A stretch of DNA of 64,000 bases, taken from contig OX597816.1 in the NCBI GenBank assembly GCA_951406725.2, positions 139,624,001 to 139,688,000 of the forward strand, in the 5' to 3' direction. The notes below the pieces were generated by a model. That model saw only the letters and a list, made by a program, of their open reading frames with translations. It was not told where the DNA came from and ran no database searches. The position numbers and the translations under genes were made by a program. Below are positions 1 through 11,211 of the stretch, piece by piece. Origin of the DNA: Octopus vulgaris (taxonomy: Eukaryota). The stretch's first letter is position 1; each line of letters begins with the position of its first letter.

Positions 1-244
1 AAAGTAACTTGGAAATATATTAAGACCAACGATGGGAGTAGCAATGACAATAATAATAGTAACGCTATAAACAATTATACTATACCGTAGCCACAACTAC
101 GATATAGACAACGATGAAGCTGCCTTTCTGATATAGTCATTGACAAACTATGGTTCGCGCAACTTTGTGAAAGGCAGGACAACGAAAAATTACTTCGAAT
201 TGTTTTAGCATGCAGCCCTCCTGATGAAGAATCATGTCTCATGT

Positions 245-1045
245 AAGGCGGCGAGCTGGCAGAAACGTTAGCACGCCGGACGAAATGCTTAGTGGTATTT
301 CGTCTGTCTTTACGTTCTGACTTCAAATTCCGCCGAGGTCGACTTTGCCTTTCATCTTTTCGGGTCGATAAATTAAGTACCAGTTACGCACTGGGGTCGA
401 TGTAATCGACTTAATACCTTTGTCTGTCCTTGTTTGTCCCCTCTATGTTTAGCCCCTTATGGGTAATAAAGAAATAGGTATTTCGTCTGCCGTTACGTTC
501 TGAGTTCAAATTCCGCCGAGGTCAACTTTGCCTTTCATCCTTTCGGACTCGATAAATTAAGTACCAATTGTGTATTGGGGTCGATGTAATAGACTTAATC
601 ACCTGTCTGTCTTTGTTTGTCCCCTCTATGTTTAGTCTCTTGTGGGTAGTAAAGAAATAAGAAACGTTAGCACGCCGGACAAGATGCTTAGCGGTATTTC
701 GTCTGCCGTTACATTCTGAGTTCAAATTCCGCCGAGGTCGACATTACCTTTCATCCTTTCGGAGTCGATTAAATAAGTACCAGTTACGCACTGGAGTCGA
801 TATAATCGACTTAATCCGTTTTCTCTGTCGTTGTTTGTCCCTTCTGTGTTTAGTCCCATTTGGGTAGTAAAGAAATAGGTATTTCGTCTATCTTTACTTT
901 CTGAGTTCAAATTACGCCAAGGTTGACTTTGTCTTTCATCCTTTCGGGGTCGATACATTAAGTACCAGTTGCGTACTGGGGTCAATCTAATCGACTGACC
1001 CTCTCCCTCAAAATTTCGGGCCTTGTGCCTTGAGCAGAATAGAAC
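245..1045 (+). mobile_element. Tandem concatemer (4 units) of tRNA-derived SINE family A
   Basis: Head GGCGGCGAGCTGGCAGAAACGTTAGCACGCCGG, B-box-like GAGTTCAAATTCC and body GTCGACTTTGCCTTTCATCCTTTCGGGGTCGATAAATTAAGTACCAG repeated four times. Units restart at ~477, 661 and ~878. Flanked by direct repeat AGAA(T/C)CATGTCTCATG (228-243, 1041-1056). Confidence 0.9.
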
Positions 1046-1399
1046 CATGTCTCATGAGGCTTGTTTCTTGAAAAAAAACGTTGTCCATGCCTACTCCATG
1101 TAGTCAACTGATAATCTAGAAATAGTAGCAAACATCAGGCAAAGACGGTTGTGACTATCTGGTTACTGCGTGCCCCACCCTAAAATGGAAGTGTGGGACC
1201 TATTTCATGGTGATGTAAGAAGAGGAAAACGGCAACTTTTTTCTATTTTATAAGGGTAATAATACCCAATCTTTCTACTGTTTTCACGGCTATACTACGT
1301 TCGAAATATTACCTTGTCTGTATAATACAATAAGCATTCGACGCTTCTAAAAGACAAAATAGAAGTTTGCTTACATATGTTGCTGTTGTTGCGTATAAC

Positions 1400-2420
1400 A
1401 AAATGTTTATTTCCTCATTTTGCTAAAGTTTTCTGCAAGATTCCTTAAATTAATAAATAGCATTCATGAATCGATCCAGTTCACTATAGAAATGAATGAA
1501 AGAAAACTCCCTTTTCTGGGTATTCTAATAATTAAAGAAAATGTAACAGTGACTGCCGATCTCTAATGCAAAGACACAGACACATAGCAACATTTAGACT
1601 TTAGATCTGGCCACCCTTCCCCTAGAAAAAGAAACATACTATTCAATATTGCATGGTATACATACTCAATAGTCACTGAGCCCAATAGATGAGAGAAACG
1701 ACTGGTAGAACTGAATATATTCCTTAAAAAACAAATACTCACAAAAGGCTGATAACTCATGCCATAAGCAAAGCCAAAGAAATCCCGGCCTTTGCCTTAC
1801 GGAGAAACACTTACGCTGAGAGTGAAAATAAAAATACAAATATAAATATTCTATTTGTAGCGATCCGTAATGCGAGGAACCACAACATCCTACTTTCATC
1901 CAAGCGACAGCTCCCAATTCTACATCAATCATCAAGTCTCCGACAAATAATTGAAAAGTTGCAAATCATCAACAGCCGAGAACAATCGCCAACGCTCAAG
2001 AGACTCCTAACATCGGAGAAAGAAAAATGCAGCAAATAAACTATGGAGACCCTCGTTGTGGGGTATGGAACAAAAAAAAAAACAACCAAGGGATTCAAGA
2101 ATGGAAAGGAATTGAAAATAAATGCAAACATGAACTGGAAACAAAAAAATCTCATCAACTGCATCACATGCCTACAATGCAATCAGAATTATATTGGAGA
2201 AACTGGGACAAAAGTAACCAGTCGTGTAAATGCGTATAAACAGCAAATTAAAGATTCATCTCTTAGAAATGTTTCATTTAGTAAACTTCTAGACATTTGT
2301 GCAAATGAAAAATTTTAAATATTTCCCTTTTACAAAATAAAAGCTGAAAATGATTAACTTTCGTAAGTCAAAAGAAGAATATTTTATAAGAATTCAAAAT
2401 CCTGAACTAAACGTGAAATA
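1400..2420 (+). pseudogene. Decayed Penelope-like element: RT C-terminus plus GIY-YIG endonuclease
   Basis: Translates, with stops and frameshifts, to KLPFLGILI..CKDTDT*QHLDFRSGHP (RT thumb) and NLINCITCLQCNQNYIGETG..SRVNAYKQQI (GIY-YIG, ORF 2043-2318), ending PELNVK*. Confidence 0.85.
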
Positions 2421-2601
2421 ATCAACACCATGACTAAAAACAATTTCCTCTATACGCATTAGGCTTGGAACACGCTTGTTTGAAAAGGTAAGTAACGAAA
2501 GCACTTATGTATACAATACACAAAATAAGCACTATACATAAACTTCTTTTCTGACGTTGTTAAATAAGAATTTTTTTAAATACTTAATAACTTTTTAAAA
2601 A

Positions 2602-2661
<60 letters not shown>

Positions 2662-2939
2662 AGAGTTTGTGTGTGGTGGGGTTAGGAGAATGCACACACA
2701 GAGTATGTGTGTGTGTGCGTGTAGGAGCATGCAAAATAAGCGTAATATAGATAACACAGAGTAATGCTTAGATGGATGAAAACTTAAATTTCAACTTAAT
2801 CCATGGCTGGCGTCCACGGTGTTAAAAACTACCTATAATAACGATATTTGTCTGAGGGTAAAAAGATTGATGTACACAAGTAGGCATAAACAGTTTATTT
2901 ACATCAGCTGCAAAATACTGATCTGGGAATTAAATAATC

Positions 2940-3109
2940 AAAAGGAGTTATGTAAATTCTTATCTCGACAGCTGTTTCGGGAGTCATAGCTTAAGCCATA
3001 TCAGCATTGGCTAACATAACAGCTAGCCTAGGTGATCCTCCACGCTAGAAAGATAGCATATCGACCATCCTTCTCCCGAGTCGAGATAATACCTTACATA
3101 ACTCCTTTT
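2940..3109 (-). repeat. Fold-back element containing the 3' half of a hammerhead
   Basis: Arms AAAGGAGTTATGTAA..TATCTCGA (2940-2968) and TCGAGATA..TTACATAACTCCTTTT (3081-3109). Minus strand reads GGGAG...CTCCC-GAAA-CAGCTG-TC-GAGATA. No CUGANGA box. Confidence 0.65.
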
Positions 3110-3337
3110 TTTCAGTTATCTTCTATTTCATGTAAATACATGCTTTAAGCCTGCTTCTGTTTATCTGCCTTCCTCCCATTTCTCCCTCTCTCTCTCTCCC
3201 TCTTTGTTTGTCTTTCTGTTTTTTCTCTCTCTCCCTCTACATATATATGAGATATATGTTTGTGTGTTGCTATATATGTATGTATGTATACATACATACA
3301 TATATCTTATATATGTTGGTATATATGTATGTATACA

Positions 3338-3384
<47 letters not shown>

Positions 3385-3385
<1 letters not shown>

Positions 3386-4172
3386 CGACCAGGAGGCCAT
3401 AACTCGAATCTACACAACCGACAATGATGGGGTGAACCCCAAACAACAACATAGGAAAAATTTCTTTAGCCTTTTCAAAAATTTAGGACTAAACATTACT
3501 ATAGGTAAAGATGATCGTAGAGTGAATTTTCTTGACGCTACCTTCTGTCTTGATACTGGATTATTTGAACTATTTCATAAGCCAAACGATCATCCACCCT
3601 CGATTATACGGGGACTAGCTAAGAATATTTCTTCAAGAATCTCTAGACTATCTGCTAACAATAAATTTTTCGAACCTCATGCATCTTACTATAATGGTGC
3701 TCTAGCTAAGGCTGGATACCGAGAAAAATTTCAATATATACAAGATGCAGGCATAAGCAACACTGGTAATTCCTACAACTGCGATGCACATTGTATACCA
3801 CCACAAAGTTACCGTTTGAGAACTCACTCGGATAAAGAATACAGGCCAGAAAGAATTCGTCATATCAATGAACTACCAACGAAAACACATAGACACATGC
3901 GGCACAATAATTCAACTGCTTGTTCCAATCCTGTTCAACACACTCGATCAAATAAGCCTAATAACAGATATAGGATTCAGGATGTCCTCTGGTTCAACCC
4001 AATTTTTGGTTTGCATGTATCAAGCAAGATCGCTGGGAAATTTTTTGCTGCTTTGGAGAAGTGTTTTCTTAAATCTAATCGGTACCATGCTATTTTTAAT
4101 CGATACACCGTGAAGGCATCCTACGTCAACTCTGCTAATTTAGAGCAGCTTTATGCATCACATAAACAATAG
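3385..4172 (+). pseudogene. Penelope-like (Neptune-type) RT C-terminal/linker remnant
   Basis: ORF 3204-4172, after its microsatellite part, reads FKNLGLNITI..VNFLDATFCLDTG..KPNDHPPSII..ISSRISRLS and VLWFNPIF..IAGKFF..HAIFNRYTVKASY, typical of PLE RT thumb and linker. GIY-YIG not seen. Confidence 0.85.
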
Positions 4173-4423
4173 CAAAATGCGGCAAAGGTTCAATAAGCCA
4201 TCTACTGGATCTAGCGAACATTTGCATCTAAATACCAACCAAGGAGATGTAAACCGCATTGATAAACACCAACTACGACCAATTTGTAGTAGTAGAAATG
4301 CTCATGGTAACAACGGAGATATTTCCTCCATCTGGCTGTTTTTCTCTCTACAAAATGGAAAGTTACTTTGTAGAACAATCATTTTAACGACTTGTATTTG
4401 TTTATTTATGTATTTAATTATTT

Positions 4424-4529
4424 ATCACCCGACGAGATACATCTGCGCCACCGGATGCTCCTGAACCTGTTGTTGATTGTACCACCCAAGAGGAATCGAT
4501 ACTAGATGTGTCGAAACAATTGTTGTGAT
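4424..4529 (+). ncRNA. Type I hammerhead ribozyme motif (PLE pLTR type)
   Basis: ATCAC-CCGACGA-GATACATCT...AGATGTGTC-GAAA-CAATTG-TT-GTGAT. Palindromic stem III ACAATTGT; AATAAA at 4531-4536; ~250 nt downstream of the PLE ORF. Confidence 0.75.
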
Positions 4530-4570
4530 TAATAAATGCTCGTAAATTCCATCTTCTATCTTTCATCTGT

Positions 4571-4618
<48 letters not shown>

Positions 4619-4619
<1 letters not shown>

Positions 4620-4696
4620 TTTATTTAAAAGTAGCAGAAATTCAACAAAACCTGTTACTCGGAGTTTTGTTGAATTTCTGCTGCTTTTAAATAAAG
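4619..4696. repeat. 33-bp inverted repeat with hammerhead stem III remnant in the loop
   Basis: CTTTATTTAAAAGTAGCAGAAATTCAACAAAAC / GTTTTGTTGAATTTCTGCTGCTTTTAAATAAAG. Minus strand across the loop reads AAACTC-C-GAG-TA-ACAG. Confidence 0.7.
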
Positions 4697-4766
4697 CATA
4701 TTTACTCTACCTCTGGTATTTGAGAATTCTTTTTTTCCACCTTGTTTCACATTTATGCGTTTACTC

Positions 4767-4836
<70 letters not shown>

Positions 4837-5600
4837 GCATACATACATATATACATACATATACACACACAACCGCACACACATATATGCATAATTCCAT
4901 AAATACATAAATATTTATACATGCATGTGTGTGTATGTGTGTTTGTATGTGTATGTGTCTGTGTGTGTGGATTTTGGTGAACGTTAACTACGGTTCCCAG
5001 CATTACTTACAGAACTTGCATGGGCAATTACTTTTGAATTGTTAACATTACTGCAATATTTTCATAATCTGTTCTCACCTCTCTCTCTCGCTCTCTCTTT
5101 CTCTTTCTCTCCCTGCCCCTTCTCTCTCTGTTCCTTTCCTTTCTCTCTTTCACAAGTAATGGTCGACCAGTCCACGAAGCGTCATGCAATGACATAGTTA
5201 CTCCAAGCTTCTTCATGAGATTTTAAAATAGCTTTTGTTATAAATGGGTTTTTGCGTAGATCTTGATTTTTGTTGGCACGCAATGTTGCTATTGCACTTT
5301 CACAATCTTTATAAAATAACTTGAGTACTTCAAGTCTGATATCTAATTTCATTGAAAAATGATGAAATGAACAATTTAAATGGATAAACTGCTAAAACCC
5401 TGTTATTATGCATACTACGGTGACATACTTCGTCACCTCTTTTCCGTTTGATTAAAATGATTCGGTTATTAGTTTATTGAATATGTATGTGCATGTGTTA
5501 TATACCTATATGTGCATGTGCTTATATACCTAGAGAAATATACATGCTTACATGCAAATAGACACGCACACACATACACAAAGACATACATGCGTACATA

Positions 5601-5650
<50 letters not shown>

Positions 5651-5724
5651 GATAGATAGATTGATGGATATATAGATAGATGGATAGACATATAGATAGA
5701 TAAGTAGATAGATATGTATATATG

Positions 5725-5786
<62 letters not shown>

Positions 5787-5876
5787 GAAAATAATAATAT
5801 TAGGGAGTATAACTCTAAACTTACAGGGAAAAATTAAATTTAGTATTAAATCAAATTTCACAATATAAATATATAA

Positions 5877-6011
5877 TATATAAATTAGAGAAAAAAACAC
5901 TATTATGCAATTCAAACATTGATAGATATAAACCAAATCATAATTTTTAATTTATGATTTGGTTTATGTCTATCATTGTTTGAATTGCATAATAGTGGTT
6001 TTTTCTCTAAT

Positions 6012-6018
<7 letters not shown>
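5877..6018. repeat. ~65-bp inverted repeat (fold-back element)
   Basis: TAAATTAGAGAAAAAAACACTATTATGCAATTCAAAC..AAACCAAATCATAA mirrored by TTATGATTTGGTTT..GTTTGAATTGCATAATAGTGGTTTTTTCTCTAATTTA, with a short AT loop. Confidence 0.8.
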
Positions 6019-6048
<30 letters not shown>

Positions 6049-6791
6049 TGTATGTATGTATGTATGTATGTATGTATGTACGTATATGTACATATATTTA
6101 TGTATGTAAGTATGTATGTATTGTGTACATGTGTATGTATACCACTATATCACTGGCTATCGAACGTCATTATACGTCACTGACCACGATGCACTTCCAG
6201 TTCCTTTTTCATTGCCCCGTTTTTTTCCATCTTGACCCAAATCTTTTGACTAAATCGTCTTTCCATCGTGGTGAAGGCTTTCTCAGGTTCCAGCTGCTGT
6301 CTGTGAACCTTGCAGTATGTACGACCCTACGGAACTTCTATTTTCGGTATTCACTCATTCCGCTCTCTTCTCGAATTACCGAAATATGTAACTTCTAATT
6401 GTTAAAATCTGTCTAACTGTTAAAATCTCTCAATACAGCGAAACTTAAATGTAAATCTCCCATCTTTAAACCTTATCTTCCCACCTGAGGTGTTTTCTAT
6501 GCACTTTGAGTTGCATCTGATGTTATTGCATCGTTCCACACCCACAAGGGAACAATGCATGAAACAATTGTTATCAATATTTTTGTTGATACATTCCGTC
6601 TTCTCTTTTTTATCGTTATTATATACCCAACGTTCATCCTGGAATACCTGAAATTATTACCATGTTGTTGCTGGTAATCATAAATGGTAAACGTGTTTCG
6701 CGGACACACGATCTAGGACTTAACCTTAAATAAGGTTTCGATACTGTATAACACGTATTTTCTTAACCTTAATTCTCTAACCTTATACTTG

Positions 6792-6861
<70 letters not shown>

Positions 6862-6870
<9 letters not shown>

Positions 6871-6938
6871 ACTGAGAATGTGTGTGTGTGTCTGTCTAAA
6901 ACTCAAGAACTACCCAGCCGATTTCATTCAAATTTTAC
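6862..6938 (+). mobile_element. Helitron-like 5' end fragment (dup. ~16720-16795)
   Basis: TATATATAACTGAGAATGTGTGTG..CTGTCT..ACTCAAGAACTACCCAGCCGATTTCATTCAAATTTTAC resembles non-autonomous Helitron 5' termini. No 3' hairpin/CTAG seen. Confidence 0.4.
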
Positions 6939-7121
6939 GTCACAAAAGTGAAACAATAACATCTCCTTGTAATGTAAGATAATACTTTCAGTTTTAATAG
7001 TGAAGTTATTAATACTTTCACTTTGTATATATATATATATATATTAATTTCCTTTTTATTACTTTCACTATGATATATTTATGTATGTATATGTATGTAT
7101 AAGTATATATATGTATGTATG

Positions 7122-7169
<48 letters not shown>

Positions 7170-7214
7170 TATACATATATACATACATATACATATATGT
7201 ATATATGTATATAA

Positions 7215-7322
<108 letters not shown>

Positions 7323-7484
7323 ATCGTGAAGTATATTTGTCACCTAAATGTGGCTGACCGATACTACTGTAGTTTATAGCTCCAGGAAGACATCTCTTCC
7401 AGCTGGCTAACGACATGCACTCTCTGTTCCCGACCAGTATTTGCGGAAGGAAATCATCGTTCCCATCTCTAGCCTGACGTGATA

Positions 7485-7529
7485 CACACGGGCTTGGGTT
7501 TATGGGTAGTAACCCGTCGTCAGCGTGTG
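7485..7529 (-). ncRNA. Degenerate type I hammerhead motif (dup. 17342-17386)
   Basis: Minus strand: CACACG-CTGACGA-C-GGGT tact ACCC-A-TAAA-CCCAAG-CC-CGTGTG. Stems I and II intact; GAAA>TAAA and cleavage triplet mutated. Confidence 0.6.
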
Positions 7530-7580
7530 ACAATCACCGGTTATGGTTGTTTTTGTGCTTGTTCTTCCTCTTTTTGGATT

Positions 7581-7674
<94 letters not shown>

Positions 7675-7797
7675 ATATATGTATATATGTGTATATGTAT
7701 ATATAGATGTGTATGTATATATATAGATATATAGATATATATATGTATACATATTTGTATATATTTGTATATATAAATGTATATATGCATATATATT

Positions 7798-7839
<42 letters not shown>

Positions 7840-7852
7840 CATGTATGCATAT

Positions 7853-7934
<82 letters not shown>

Positions 7935-8600
7935 GAGTGCGGGTGTGACTGTGTGCTAAGAAGGTTGCTTCCCAACCACATGGTTCCGGGTTCAGTCCCA
8001 CTGCGTGGCACTTTCGGCAAGTGTCTTCTACTATAGCCTTCGGCCGACCAAAGCCATGGCAGTGGATTTGGTTAACAGAAACTGAAATAAGTCTGTCCTA
8101 TATGTGTGTGTGTGTGTGTGTGTGTGCGCGTGTTCATGTCGCGTGTTCATTTATGTCTGTGTTTGTTCTACCCAACCATGGCTTAGAAACCGATGTTGGT
8201 GTGTTTACGTCCTGTAACTTAACGGTTCAGTGGAAGATTTCGATAGAATAAGCAACAGGCTTACAATGAATAAGTCCAGGGAGTCGATTTCTTCAACTGA
8301 AGGCGGTACTCCAGCATGGCCACACTCAAATGACTGAAGCAAGTAACAGAGTAAAAGAGTAATATATATATGTGTGTGTATGTGTCTGTGTCTGTGTGTC
8401 TGTGTTTGTACCCTCACCATTGCTTGACAACCGATGTTGCTGTGTTTACATTCCCATAACATTAGCGATTCGGTAAAAGACACTGATAGAATAAGTACTA
8501 TGCTTACAAAGAATAAATCTTGTGGTCGATTTGTTCGACCAACGGCGGTGCTCCAGCATGGTCACCGTCACATGACTGAAACAAGTAAAACAATAAAAAA
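7935..8600 (+). mobile_element. SINE family B with duplicated 3' module (dup. ~17798-18455)
   Basis: GTGTGACTGTGTGCTAAGAAGGTTGCTTCCCAACCACATGGTTCCGGGTTCAGTCCCACTGCGTGGCAC head, internal (TG)n, and tail GGCGGT(A/G)CTCCAGCATGG..ATGACTGAA(G/A)CAAGTAA present twice. Confidence 0.85.
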
Positions 8601-9037
8601 ACTATGCCATTTTAACCCCAAGCAAGGCCAGGTATCTCTGCTAGTATATATATATATATAAATGGATATACTTAAATATATGTGTGAATATTTATCCGTG
8701 CATGCATGTGCTATTTGTGGGGATGGAGGGTGTGTGCGTGTATATGTGACTGTTTTGGTCGTGGCGAAGAATGAATGCAATATTACGACAATATAATTCA
8801 GAAACAGAGTCGTAGCCTTCAAGACAAACGAGCAGTACAATAGTTCAATTCAAGATATTGTTCCAACTCCATCTGGTATTGTTAAAGACTCATTTCATGA
8901 AATAGGAAGTTTGATTTAATTATAAATACTACTTTTCTTTGTTCTAGAAGTCAATGTAGATTAAGCATCTGAAATATTCAAAAAAGTGTAATAGATTGTG
9001 CTTAGATTTCAATCTGAGAAATAAATTCTTAGAAAGT

Positions 9038-9270
9038 GCGGCGAGCTGGCAGAAACGTTAGCACGCCGGGCGAAATGCTTAGCGGTATTTCGTCTGCATT
9101 ACGTTGTGAGTTCAAATTCCGCCGAGGTCGACTTTGCCTTTCATCCTTTCGGGGTCGATAAATTAAGTACCAGTTACGCACTGGGGTCGATGTAATCGAC
9201 TTAATACCTATGTCTGTCCTTGTTTGTCCCTTCTGTGTTTAGCCCCTTGTGGGTAATAAAGAAATAGGTA
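9038..9270 (+). mobile_element. SINE family A, well-preserved copy (dup. ~18893-19125)
   Basis: Close match to units at 245-1045. Confidence 0.9.
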
Positions 9271-9596
9271 TCCCTGGGTAGGTATTTTTACTTCACGTTG
9301 CTCCAGTTCAGTTGACTGGTTAAAATAATTATTAAAACTGAATGAGCGCCTAGTCAATTTACTAACTGACTAGCAGCGTTATTGAACCAGTGATACAAAA
9401 AATACAAAAACAATGTCCAGGTATGAAAAGAGATACGCCTAATAGTCGATTGTTATTTATCCTATCTTTATCTTTTACATATCTGTCTAGGAGACGTGTG
9501 CTTCTTGGCAAATAAAAGCTTAGACTTTCGGTTGGTAGTCTCTGAATAAAAACTGTTATGTTAATATAACATAATTATGACAAGTATTATACATGT

Positions 9597-9820
9597 AAAA
9601 TCATAGATGAGGCGAGTCAGTTATTCACTTTCGACCAGCTGTTAAAGCATTTTACATCACTTCAAGGAAACGAATGTAGCACCGTTATATTAGAAGTTTG
9701 CTGTAAATCCATGGCCTTGTTCCTCTGCAAGAAATTAATATACTAGAGCTGCTTGGTTTAACTACTTCAGATTAATCCACATACTTTACATTAATGTTGT
9801 AAAATAAAATTTGCATATAA
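9597..9820 (+). pseudogene. Possible PIF1-like (Helitron) helicase fragment
   Basis: Reads IIDEASQLFTFDQLL then TVIL..LVP, reminiscent of helicase motifs II-III. Heavily decayed. Confidence 0.3.
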
Positions 9821-9989
9821 GAACAGTGAATAAACAAGCACCCATAAATTAAATCTGAACCGTACAAATGACTTGTTAGGCCTAAGTCACAAACGGGTTA
9901 TGAACGACGAATACAATGTCATCATCTATGCAGATCAAATATATTAAATACATTATAAATTAATGACTTCTTTATCACGTAAATGATAC

Positions 9990-10240
9990 TAGGTACTATA
10001 TGCAACACGTGATTTTATACGTGCAGCAAATGAAATGGATTCTGCATCGGAAGTACCATAAGACAAGTTCGCATGCAGGTTAAAGAATACCTTTATGCTC
10101 ATACTTCTTCCTTCAAACAACATCGACGAAAATATCACACGCAAGACATCTAAGTCTCCATTAAATCTACAGAAAGTAACATTGGAAACTTGAGAATAAA
10201 AGAAGCTATTTTAATTAACAAGTACACCATACAAATAAGT
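9990..10240 (+). pseudogene. Penelope-like GIY-YIG endonuclease remnant (dup. ~19846-20096)
   Basis: CSK*NGFCIGSTIRQVRMQVKEYL..SSFKQH and LRIKEAILINK match the PLE YIG-T-R..R.KEH and E-A..I motifs. Confidence 0.65.
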
Positions 10241-10635
10241 GCAGATTCGAATAGCACGCAGCTGATTGAATACTTTAGCAAGGCCAAATAACTTTTAGGC
10301 ACAAACTATGTAGAGCAAAGAAATCAGCTATCAACAATTTTTCTCCGTAAATTTCCTGAAGGAGTCCTAACAATAAAATATTGAAATATCAGGAAACTGT
10401 GTTAGCCATCGACTTGCATTATCAATAGTTTTTTTTAACTTACTTTGTCTTGGCTTTAAAAACACAACTTACAGTATTTACATATACCAGACAAAGTTTC
10501 AGGAAAGCTGAAATACCGCACGATACACACCAACACACCCACATGCCCGCACATACACTCACATGCACACCAATACTCACACACTCACTCATATATGTGT
10601 GTGTATGTGTGTGTGTGCGTGTCTGTGTTTGTATG

Positions 10636-11030
10636 CGTGTAGGTGTGGCTGTGCGGTAAGAAGCTTGCTTAGATTCAGTCCCACTGCGTTGCACCTTGGG
10701 CAAATGTCGTCCACTGTAGCCTTCGGGCTGACCAAAACCTAGTGGTAGATGGAAACCGAAAGAAGTTCGTCATATATATGCATGTGTGTATGTGTGTGTG
10801 TGCATGTGTGTGTGTTTGTGTATGTGTTTGTGTGTGTGTGCGTTTTTGTGTCTATGTTTGCTTGACAACCGGTTGGTGTGTTTACGTCTCCGTAACTTCG
10901 CAGTTCATCAAAAGACAACCGATAGAATAACTACTAAGCTTTAAAAACAATAAGTCCTGGGGTCAAGTTGTTCGATTAAAACGTCATCCGGGCAGTGCTC
11001 CAGAATGGCCGCAGTTAAATGACTGTAAGT
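10636..11030 (+). mobile_element. SINE family B, decayed (dup. ~20492-20886)
   Basis: GGTGTGGCTGTGCGGTAAGAAGCTTGCTT..GCACCTTGGGCAAATGTC..GTGCTCCAGAATGGCCGCAG. Confidence 0.8.
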
Positions 11031-11131
11031 GAATATATATATGTATATATATATATATACATATATACATATGTATATATAAGCATATCAAATGCGCAAC
11101 CGGTAAAGAACTTTTACCTAATTAAACGTGT

Positions 11132-11209
<78 letters not shown>

Positions 11210-11211
<2 letters not shown>

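Noticed and set aside
245-1045. Regularly repeated units resembling a CRISPR array or tRNA gene cluster
   Set aside because: Units are ~180-230-nt SINE bodies with no unique spacers and no cas genes; heads do not fold as complete tRNAs.
2476-2516. TTGT-TTGAAAA-GGT..AAC-GAAA..TA-TACAA downstream of the first PLE
   Set aside because: Position suits a pLTR hammerhead, but two core mismatches and weak stems make it unsupportable.
10350-10410. CTGAAGGA..GGAAAC downstream of the GIY-YIG remnant
   Set aside because: Core and stems cannot be assembled convincingly.
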